Shown here one piece after another: positions 57,555-64,000 of a stretch of DNA of 64,000 nucleotides. The notes under the pieces were generated by a model that saw only the letters and a program-made list of their open reading frames with translations, made no database searches and had not been told where the DNA came from. The translations under genes were made by a program, and so were the position numbers. Positions within the stretch are counted from its first letter, which is position 1. Each line of letters starts with the position of its first letter. The DNA is from a virus, in the IMG/VR virus record IMGVR_UViG_3300032893_000024, positions 1-64,000 of that record; one strand, written 5' to 3'.

Positions 57555-58073
57555 GTGACAACGCCGCTCGAGAGAGTGAGGAAGCTGCTTGAGCGCGCCG
57601 TAGGGACTCACTCGGAAGAGGAGGCCCGAACGAGCGCGCTCATCGCAGCGAAAATGATCAAGGACTACGGCTTTCGTGTGGTTCCTGCGAATGGTGACGT
57701 CGCGAAACCGAACCAACCTGAAATTCCAACCGGCTATTACGATGTCGAGCTGACATCGGCGAGCTATGACCATGGTCCAGCATTGATGGATTTGGAATTT
57801 ACGATCGAAGAGAGTGGGAAAAAATTTCTCCAGTTCTACATGTTTCGTCACCCGTTACACGGGATGGCGCGCTCGTTCATTGAGGCATCTGGTCAGAACC
57901 CCTTTGACTACGCGGCAGAATTACGAGGGCAGGATTTACACGCCGTGCTGGTCAAATTTTGCCTGAAGGTGGTCGGTACCAAGTACGGCGTGTACGTGGA
58001 AGATTTTCCGCGGCTTGGTAAGGGGCGAACCATGATCGTGAAGTACCTGCCTTACGGGAGCGCTGGTCGATGA
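57555..58073 (+). CDS. DUF2786-like protein
   Basis: N-terminal LERVRKLLERAVGTHSEEEARTSALIAAKMIKDYG matches the DUF2786 helical motif common in phages and plasmids. Confidence 0.6.
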   Translation: MTTPLERVRKLLERAVGTHSEEEARTSALIAAKMIKDYGFRVVPANGDVAKPNQPEIPTGYYDVELTSASYDHGPALMDLEFTIEESGKKFLQFYMFRHPLHGMARSFIEASGQNPFDYAAELRGQDLHAVLVKFCLKVVGTKYGVYVEDFPRLGKGRTMIVKYLPYGSAGR

Positions 58074-58369
58074 AGCGTGGGACGTTCAAAAAGATGGTCG
58101 ATGGTCGGCGCCTCGTTGCTGCGCGTCCTTCCGATCCGGAAAAGGTTGTGAAAGAAGCAATGGCTTCTACGCTCATGGAGAATGCAGCCGGTCGTGCGGC
58201 GTTTGAGGCCATCTACGAGCAGCGTGATTTTACGTTCCAGGGTTTCGTGGCTTGCGAGCTGGTGTCCGGACATCCAGCGCTCCTGGATCACGACGGGTCC
58301 GTTGTTGGGACACTGGAACCTGGTGATGTAGTTTTTCCAGAGGACGAGGTGATAAGTGACTCGAATTAG
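58070..58369 (+). CDS. hypothetical protein (99 aa)
   Basis: Track ORF, ATGA overlap upstream. Confidence 0.6.
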   Translation: MKRGTFKKMVDGRRLVAARPSDPEKVVKEAMASTLMENAAGRAAFEAIYEQRDFTFQGFVACELVSGHPALLDHDGSVVGTLEPGDVVFPEDEVISDSN

Positions 58370-59096
58370 GCAGATCGACGATTTGGTCCACGAGCTTGAG
58401 ATCGAACAGGCGGTGCTGCGAGCTGTGTCGTTGATGACAGCGAACGAGGCGAGCGCTCTGCTCGTGAGGCTGGCTCTCAGGGTGAGGCGCGAGTGCGCGC
58501 TGGCTCCGGGACCAGTGGAGGCGGCGCCGCAAACGAAAAGCGTTGATCGGTGGGTGGATGTGGAGGATTTGCCACCACCTTTGGTGAAACCTCCGGCGGA
58601 GGACACGCTCCCTTTAGCGCTTCCCGTATCAGCTCCGGCGGGAGCCGATACGGGGTGCACTGGGCCCGCAATCACTGGATCGTCCGAATTTACGACGAAA
58701 ACGGAGATAGAACCGACACCATCTCTGTCCCACGACAATCCGCCTCAACGGTCCGAGACCTCCGACTTGCCGAACGTTGGGCAGCCGAATGGTGGTCTAC
58801 TCGCACCTCCTCTAAACCCAGCCAAGTCAACGAGGCCAAACCGAACGCAGACTCTCGAGAACGTGGTCCGAGCGTACGGTCCGATCCAAAGGAAGGAAGC
58901 CTACGCGAAGGTGGCGGAACTCATGGGGGAGAATCCAGATTGCTGGAACCGAACAGCCAGCTCAGCGTGGCAGCTATTGGCGACAGAGAGACTGGTGGAA
59001 TCTCCGGAGGGGTTTCTGACGGTCTCGGAGAGGATAACGGACAGAAAGAAAGCGATTCTGGCGGTGGTTTCAAAGGCGGGACAGATCACGAGATAA
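58356..59096 (+). CDS. hypothetical protein (246 aa), Pro-rich middle, helical C-domain
   Basis: Track ORF (GTG start), 14-nt overlap with the upstream gene. Confidence 0.6.
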   Translation: MTRIRQIDDLVHELEIEQAVLRAVSLMTANEASALLVRLALRVRRECALAPGPVEAAPQTKSVDRWVDVEDLPPPLVKPPAEDTLPLALPVSAPAGADTGCTGPAITGSSEFTTKTEIEPTPSLSHDNPPQRSETSDLPNVGQPNGGLLAPPLNPAKSTRPNRTQTLENVVRAYGPIQRKEAYAKVAELMGENPDCWNRTASSAWQLLATERLVESPEGFLTVSERITDRKKAILAVVSKAGQITR

Positions 59097-59120
59097 CAGA
59101 TCGCATTGGCAGTAGCGGGG

Positions 59121-59294
59121 ATGATGGGAGAACCGAAGAACAAGCTGTCGAGGACATTTCTCATCCTGAACGAGATGCTGTTTCGTCCGGGGAGTCCTCT
59201 GGTGGAGGACCGGTCCTACGTTTCCCTTCGGGAAGACCTGCTTGCGAAGATGACCCTATCGACACAAAGCATTTCGCCGCCAAAGCAGTCGTAG
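59121..59294 (+). CDS. possible small protein (57 aa)
   Basis: ATG 59121 within track ORF 59106..59294. MMGEPKNKLSRTFLILNEMLF... Confidence 0.35.
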   Translation: MMGEPKNKLSRTFLILNEMLFRPGSPLVEDRSYVSLREDLLAKMTLSTQSISPPKQS

Positions 59295-59308
59295 GAATCA
59301 ATAGCGAA

Positions 59309-59449
59309 GTGCTCCACTGGGTGGTTCACAACAAGAAGAACCCACTCATTACGTATCGAACGACCGGCATACGCGCGAACGTAGAGGCGAGACTGAAGAG
59401 TCAATCGGACATGCTCGATGCCCCGAAGAAGAGGAAGACCTCGTGGTGA
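59309..59449 (+). CDS. possible small basic protein (46 aa)
   Basis: Own translation from GTG 59309: VLHWVVHNKKNPLITYRTTGIRANVEARLKSQSDMLDAPKKRKTSW. GTGA-type overlap with the next gene. It is the only plausible part of shadow ORF 58550..59449. Confidence 0.3.
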   Translation: MLHWVVHNKKNPLITYRTTGIRANVEARLKSQSDMLDAPKKRKTSW

Positions 59450-60366
59450 AAACGTTTTCTTACATCGTGGTCGCGTTTTCGATCGTGGCTTGTTTCGCCG
59501 TGGCGTGCGCTGGCGTGTTCGCTGCTATCGATGAGCAAACCGTTTTTGCTGTCGTTAGTGTCGATGCTGGAGAAGATCCGGTCGTTGTAATCCACCTCGA
59601 CGCGACCGACAACCACCGCGGCGCATGTCCCAGCGGTATGGCTGAAGTAGACGGCGACTACTGCTCCGACGTGCGCGAGGTCTGCCTTCGATGGGTGGAC
59701 CGGGAGGGAAACGCCATCCCTGAAGCCATTCCTGGACCGGCAGCGAGCGACCTCGATCGATCTGGGAGGTGCGCTGAATGGGAGTTCCCGACGAGATGTG
59801 TCGGGTCCATCGTCCACAAGCACTACTGCATCGATCTGTACGAGTACCCGAACGTCGCTGGCGCTATTCCTCGCTCTTGGATGAATTGGTACGACGGACA
59901 GCGCGCGTGCGCTGCCGATGGGAAAAGACTTTGCACGCGAGCGGAGTGGACGCTCGCGTGTGAGGGTCCGAACATGATGCCGTACCCCTATGGCGAAGGT
60001 TACCGACGAGACTCGACCGCCTGCAACATCGACAACACGACTCCTGTGGACTCGGAGACCGGGAAGAAGGTCAGCGTGTTCGATGCGACGTCCCACGGAA
60101 CGCGCGCGGCCAAGCTGCTCGATGGGATGTTGAAGCCTTCTGGGAGCATGCCAGCGTGCGTGAGTCCGTATGGCGTGTACGACATGGTTGGGAACCTCGA
60201 CGAGCAGGTCGTCAATACCTCAGGCCATCCGCACTGGTCAGGGTTGATGGGCGGTCACGTCTTCGGTGTGAGAAACGCTTGTCGGCCGATGACGGATGCG
60301 CACGACGAAAATTTCGGCTGGTATGAGACCACCGCACGGTGCTGCAAGTCGATCGGAGAGAAATGA
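59443..60366 (+). CDS. secreted formylglycine-generating-enzyme (SUMF1/FGE-sulfatase) domain protein
   Basis: Signal/anchor FSYIVVAFSIVACFAVACAGVFA. FGE-type motifs YCIDLYEYPN, GKRLCTRAEWTLACEG, PYPYG, VSPYGVYDMVGNLDEQV. Confidence 0.7.
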   Translation: MVKTFSYIVVAFSIVACFAVACAGVFAAIDEQTVFAVVSVDAGEDPVVVIHLDATDNHRGACPSGMAEVDGDYCSDVREVCLRWVDREGNAIPEAIPGPAASDLDRSGRCAEWEFPTRCVGSIVHKHYCIDLYEYPNVAGAIPRSWMNWYDGQRACAADGKRLCTRAEWTLACEGPNMMPYPYGEGYRRDSTACNIDNTTPVDSETGKKVSVFDATSHGTRAAKLLDGMLKPSGSMPACVSPYGVYDMVGNLDEQVVNTSGHPHWSGLMGGHVFGVRNACRPMTDAHDENFGWYETTARCCKSIGEK

Positions 60367-60824
60367 TGGGTATCGGTGAATACGATCGAGTGGGGAGGCA
60401 GGGTCTCTTGGATGAAATTGAGCGGTTGCGGCAGCGCGCCGAGGCAGCGGAGGCGGCGCTCAAGCAATTCGAGCATGCGCGTGGAGCTGGATACTGCGGC
60501 TATCAATGGGGCATGGGGGCACGCAATCACGGCGGCGGATGTGAAGAGAAGTTCACACCGAACGATGAGACGTATCGGTGCTTGGATTGCGGCGGCGTGT
60601 TCCACAAGTGCTGCCTCGAAAAGCATTTCGCCGAGCACTCGGGCGAGACCAAAGAGTCTTTGAAGCGCGACCTCGCTACCGAGCGCGAGGCGCGGAAGAG
60701 GGCGGAGGATAAGATCGAGCTGATCGGAGCCGCTGCAGGAGTCACCAAAAACTCTCCGGAGGGAGAGCGATCGATTGTCGTGGCCGTTCACAAGATGGCG
60801 TGCGACTTGAAGACGAAGAAATGA
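60363..60824 (+). CDS. coiled-coil + Cys/His zinc-binding-like protein (153 aa)
   Basis: ATG 60363 (ATGA overlap). YRCLDCGGVFHKCCLEKH. Confidence 0.55.
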   Translation: MMGIGEYDRVGRQGLLDEIERLRQRAEAAEAALKQFEHARGAGYCGYQWGMGARNHGGGCEEKFTPNDETYRCLDCGGVFHKCCLEKHFAEHSGETKESLKRDLATEREARKRAEDKIELIGAAAGVTKNSPEGERSIVVAVHKMACDLKTKK

Positions 60825-61159
60825 GCGAAGGCATAATCGGCGGTTTTCTCGTCTCGATAGTTTGCGCCGTCATTGGCTACGTTTTGGGGCAAGTGAGCGG
60901 CTACAAGCGAGGGCACGACGATGGTTGGAACCTTGCAAGGCGACTGCACGGCGCCGAGGAGACGAAGAGAAAAATGAGCAGACTAACCGGCCACCAGCAC
61001 ATCTGGATCCCTCTCAAAGGCAACCAGCATCAGTGCGAGGCTTGCAAGGTGGTCATCGACGTCACCGAGGCAGCTGCCATCCAAGGGAACTACACCCAGA
61101 GTCAACGTTGGGACATGGCTGCCGAACGCGCCATGCGAAGGGCTGGTAGGATTCCGTGA
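60821..61159 (+). CDS. N-terminal TM protein (112 aa)
   Basis: ATG 60821 (ATGA overlap). IIGGFLVSIVCAVIGYVLG. Confidence 0.55.
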   Translation: MSEGIIGGFLVSIVCAVIGYVLGQVSGYKRGHDDGWNLARRLHGAEETKRKMSRLTGHQHIWIPLKGNQHQCEACKVVIDVTEAAAIQGNYTQSQRWDMAAERAMRRAGRIP

Positions 61160-61410
61160 AATCTCTGACTCCTGAGGAGTTTGCGTACCTGTCTGGAGCC
61201 GTTCCTGGGAGACCGATCGACCAGGTGCGCGAATGGTATCCAGGCGAGAAGGAGCGAGCTGACGGGCTCGTGGCGCGCGGGCTCCTCCGGGAGATTTACT
61301 TCGCTCCGGCTCCGGAGTGGCCTCACGGAGCGATTAGACATGAGTGGACGCCGCTCGGTAAGCTAGCGTTGGACTGCTACCGAGCGAACGACCTATCCCT
61401 CACCAAATAG
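61156..61410 (+). CDS. hypothetical protein (84 aa)
   Basis: GTG start, GTGA overlap. Last gene of the rightward block. Confidence 0.55.
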   Translation: MKSLTPEEFAYLSGAVPGRPIDQVREWYPGEKERADGLVARGLLREIYFAPAPEWPHGAIRHEWTPLGKLALDCYRANDLSLTK

Positions 61411-61412
61411 GC

Positions 61413-62189
61413 TTACGGCGTCGCGCTCTTCGCTGCCCACCGCATCCCGCCCCGCGGCCCGCGCTTTCGCACGCGCGCTGCCTTCTTGGCGGGCATCTTG
61501 TCGCCAGTGACGATCGTGCTGGTGCCGTCGGGCGCTTGCACGTCGTGGTAGCCCTCGTCGGTCTGCTGGAACGGTCCAGTGACTGCAGGCTTCCCAACGC
61601 CGGCTGCGTTGTCGTACGGAGCTCCCTGCTCGAGACCAAAGAAACTCGGCGTCGATGCGTTGGCCACGTAGTGGTCCGGCAGCTCTTCGTAGTCTGAGCC
61701 CTGGAGCCAGTCGCAGACCTCCCTGCTCGTCTCGTACGTGCCTGAGAGGTCTCCGTAGCCGGCAGGAAGTGGATCGGACTCTCGGCAGTCCGGATCGATG
61801 AGCGCCTCAAGAATCTCGTGGACGATCGCTGAGAGGAGCCCATCCGGTCCGGTAAGGGATCCGCCTTCTGCCTGAACCGCTTCCCACGAGATGAAGCAGA
61901 TTGGGTCTCCTGCTGCTGTTACTGTGTGGTACGCGACCGCGTCAGCGAGATCCGGGTCGGTAAACTTCTCAACGACGTGGACGCTGATGTAGTTCGCGGG
62001 AAGCGGCGGTTGTCCGATCGTTGCCGTCCAGATCAGATCTGCCTTCACGCAAGCGCGTGGGAAGTTCGCCCAGTTCTTTTCGGTACGACGGATCGCGCAA
62101 AGCTTGGCGGCAGCCATCTCTGCTGTGATCGGTGCGGCAGCGACCTCACTCGAAACTGCGAAACCGGCGTACTGCTTCAAGGTGCCCAT
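61413..62189 (-). CDS. hypothetical protein (258 aa; track ORF extends to TTG 62261)
   Basis: ATG 62189 chosen because the N-terminal extension is Arg-rich. Basic C-terminal tail KKAARVRKRGPRGG. Confidence 0.5.
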   Translation of the reverse strand: MGTLKQYAGFAVSSEVAAAPITAEMAAAKLCAIRRTEKNWANFPRACVKADLIWTATIGQPPLPANYISVHVVEKFTDPDLADAVAYHTVTAAGDPICFISWEAVQAEGGSLTGPDGLLSAIVHEILEALIDPDCRESDPLPAGYGDLSGTYETSREVCDWLQGSDYEELPDHYVANASTPSFFGLEQGAPYDNAAGVGKPAVTGPFQQTDEGYHDVQAPDGTSTIVTGDKMPAKKAARVRKRGPRGGMRWAAKSATP

Positions 62190-62324
62190 CCGTCCGGGAG
62201 TTGTGCTTGTTGCCAGCCGGCGTCGTGCGCCGCGTGTCGAGCAGCCAGCGGTGGCTGGCAAGCGCTCGAGAGAACGGTCGTGATGATGATGACGAACGCT
62301 GCGAGTAGCAGCGAGGCTGCCAGC

Positions 62325-62732
62325 TTACTTGCGCTCTGCGGCATGGCGGGCCTTCACCGCGGGAACGAGTGCTTGAGCCTTGAAGTTTGCATGGGCCTGG
62401 TCGTAGGCCGGCGTGGCTGCGAGCATGACGCCAGCTGCCGCGGGGATCGTCCCAGCGTCGGCGCCGTTGCCGGTCGCTTCTTCGACGAGTGCGAGGATTT
62501 CGGCTCCGACGGCCTCTTCACTGGCCCCACACTGGACAGCGATGGCCGCGACCGACATTCCGGACGTGGCTCCCATGACGATGCAGAGTACGGCTCCGAA
62601 GTCAGAGGGAAGTGCCTGAACCGCCGTCTGCTGCTCGGCCGGCGTACAAGATGACACTGCCGCTCCCATCGAAATTGGGGTCGCGGCGAGGATGGCGCAG
62701 AATCCGATCGTGCCCAGAAATGCTTTTCTCAT
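62325..62732 (-). CDS. secreted protein, possible lipoprotein (135 aa)
   Basis: N-terminal MRKAFLGTIGFCAILAATPISMGAAVSSC (hydrophobic core + V-S-S-C lipobox-like). Confidence 0.5.
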   Translation of the reverse strand: MRKAFLGTIGFCAILAATPISMGAAVSSCTPAEQQTAVQALPSDFGAVLCIVMGATSGMSVAAIAVQCGASEEAVGAEILALVEEATGNGADAGTIPAAAGVMLAATPAYDQAHANFKAQALVPAVKARHAAERK

Positions 62733-62750
62733 GCGCGTAGCGTAACACTT

Positions 62751-63950
62751 CTACGCCCACGCTTGCAACCCCGCGGGTGTGGTCGGTACGGGTCCGCTGG
62801 GGCGGTTCCACTTCGCACGGACTGCCATGTATGGTTGGCTGGTCGGAAGCGTCTCCATGCCAGACAGGTTGCCCGGCCATGCTCCAGGTTTGCCTGGATA
62901 GTAGAGCACCTGCTCGACGAGCCACCCGGTGCCTTGCACCTGGAGCAGGTTGAAGTTCTGCTCGAAGAACGTATTGATCGGAACCGTGATGACGTAAATC
63001 TGTCCGTTGGATAGCGACGTCACCGGATGAAGGATCGATTGACCTTGCGGTGTCGGTCCGATGGGAGCCTTTGGCCAGAGCGTAAACGCCGCTACGGACG
63101 CTCCAGCGGCACCCACGGCGATAACTGCCGCTTTGGGGGTGAAGCCTCCCTCTCGATGGACGAGGAACGCTGCTGCTCCCAGGATGATGGCGCTCGCGAT
63201 CCAAGGACCGGCGCCCTGTGGGCCCTGAGGATGATCCGGAATCGTCCCTGGTGTGAGCTGCTCCTGCGTCGGCGCGCCGGAGAAGTTGATCAGCTTCCCG
63301 TAGCAGGCGCCTCCGTCCCCCCAACAGTTTGCGGGAGCGGGAGTTCCAAGGATCAACGAGAGAGCGTGCTGGGTGCCGTAGCCATATTTGCCGGGAGTAT
63401 CCGGGATGGAAGACACTCCAGAAATCGTTCCTCCAGCGACGTCGGCGTTGTATGCGGCCTGAAATGCGAACGTTACCGAGTACAGGCCACCTGTACAATC
63501 GCATCCATGCTGCGAAAGGTAGACGGATACTGCGGATGCAGCCTGTTGCGTGGCCTGCGAAGCGCCTCCGACACTCGGAACAACGGCACCAGACGTCTCG
63601 ATTTTTTCGGCGAGGCTGATGGCGGCGCCGGCAGCTTGGAGAGCCTGGATAGCTGCTGCCTTGATCTGGACCCGTGTTTTGTATCCGTATGTGTCGTTCA
63701 GGGCGTCCGTAGATGCTTCGCTGGCATTGAAGGCGTCGATCGCGAGTTCTTCGGCTGACGGGTTGGAGATGGCGAGTTGTTGCGCCGCGTTCGATGCGAG
63801 GACTGCAGCCTTTGCAACGATAACCGCTGCCGTCTGAAAGTAGGTCGCCGCGTCGTAATCGTTTACCGTCGCTTGCGAGCCGTTGACGAGAAACTGGTAC
63901 GCGCTCTGGACCTGCTGCTTGGCGGTCGCGATGTCTGTCGCAGCGGTCAC
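62751..63950 (-). CDS. PG-binding-like domain membrane protein, paralogous to 23048..24028 (399 aa)
   Basis: QQAASAVSVYLSQHGCDCTGGLYSVTFAFQAAYNADV...GKYGYGTQHALSLILG aligns by eye with QQLAQAIASYIQQYGCDCGTTLASITFAFQTSYNADV...DGLFGQNTATAAQQVLG. Two central TM segments. Confidence 0.65.
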   Translation of the reverse strand: MTAATDIATAKQQVQSAYQFLVNGSQATVNDYDAATYFQTAAVIVAKAAVLASNAAQQLAISNPSAEELAIDAFNASEASTDALNDTYGYKTRVQIKAAAIQALQAAGAAISLAEKIETSGAVVPSVGGASQATQQAASAVSVYLSQHGCDCTGGLYSVTFAFQAAYNADVAGGTISGVSSIPDTPGKYGYGTQHALSLILGTPAPANCWGDGGACYGKLINFSGAPTQEQLTPGTIPDHPQGPQGAGPWIASAIILGAAAFLVHREGGFTPKAAVIAVGAAGASVAAFTLWPKAPIGPTPQGQSILHPVTSLSNGQIYVITVPINTFFEQNFNLLQVQGTGWLVEQVLYYPGKPGAWPGNLSGMETLPTSQPYMAVRAKWNRPSGPVPTTPAGLQAWA

Positions 63951-64000
63951 CGGCGGAGCCCTCGGAAACGCCTCGCGATCGCTGCGGTGGTTTGTCGGTA

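Larger units (their letters stand above)
1..64000. mobile_element. GC-rich temperate bacteriophage / prophage genome segment
   Basis: Tyrosine integrase, HNH endonuclease, phage-type replication/recombination genes, and collagen-like and S74-chaperone fibre genes. Long co-directional gene blocks have pervasive ATGA/GTGA start-stop overlaps. No rRNA, tRNA or housekeeping genes seen. Confidence 0.85.

Noticed and set aside
58550-59449. 299-aa plus-strand ORF
   Set aside because: Gly/Ser/Arg-rich, and it overlaps the better 58356..59096 frame. Only its last ~46 codons (from GTG 59309) might be real.
61413-62189. Zincin metalloprotease call from HEILEALID
   Set aside because: The motif is HExxE, not HExxH, and no downstream third ligand pattern was seen.
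1-64000. Known defence or counter-defence systems (restriction-modification, CBASS, retron or reverse transcriptase/DGR, Abi, canonical toxin-antitoxin pairs), terminase, portal, tape measure, endolysin
   Set aside because: I looked for their hallmark motifs in all long ORFs and did not recognise any. Absence is by eye only and needs profile searches.

Overview
The window reads as a segment of a visibly GC-rich temperate bacteriophage or prophage genome. I saw no rRNA, tRNA, CRISPR array or housekeeping genes. Layout: (i) 1-1640, small minus-strand genes, two of which look disrupted. (ii) 1640-2486, an ~850 bp non-coding stretch full of palindromes and short repeats. (iii) 2487-5495, a GT2/TPR glycosyltransferase, a KGG stress protein and a tyrosine integrase. 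(iv) 5630-12302, a plus-strand early-type block with MazG-like, HNH, cupin-like, deoxyribosyltransferase-like and glycosyltransferase genes plus many tiny membrane or Cys-rich ORFs. (v) 12283-14762, a lone PadR regulator, two paralogous tail-anchored membrane proteins and a Cys-phosphatase module. (vi) 14759-36314, a ~21 kb minus-strand virion block. It holds three collagen-like fibres, two S74-chaperone fibres, two LysM-domain membrane proteins (one also carrying a PG-binding-like domain), three beta-rich capsid candidates, a protamine-like polybasic membrane protein, a transglutaminase-like protein, a polyproline protein and RadC. (vii) 36324-45480, minus-strand genes including dNMP kinase, GroES, a DnaQ-like exonuclease, a UvrD helicase and an SF2 helicase. 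(viii) 45563-61410, a plus-strand replication/recombination block with Cas4-like nuclease, AAA ATPase, SSB-like protein with a DDEIPF tail, VRR-NUC, prim-pol-like protein and a P-loop helicase, followed by accessory genes. (ix) 61413-64000, further minus-strand envelope-type genes. Most striking: the virion block shows no recognisable terminase, portal, tape measure or obvious HK97 capsid gene but has many membrane proteins and a polybasic core-like protein. Also notable are duplicated Zn-ribbon + GW..YR..FG modules copied from the SF2 helicase C-terminus, a 21-bp-stem hairpin with 345 bp of non-coding DNA after the helicase, and a PadR gene with a possibly leaderless promoter. All functional calls rest on motifs read by eye, without database searches.
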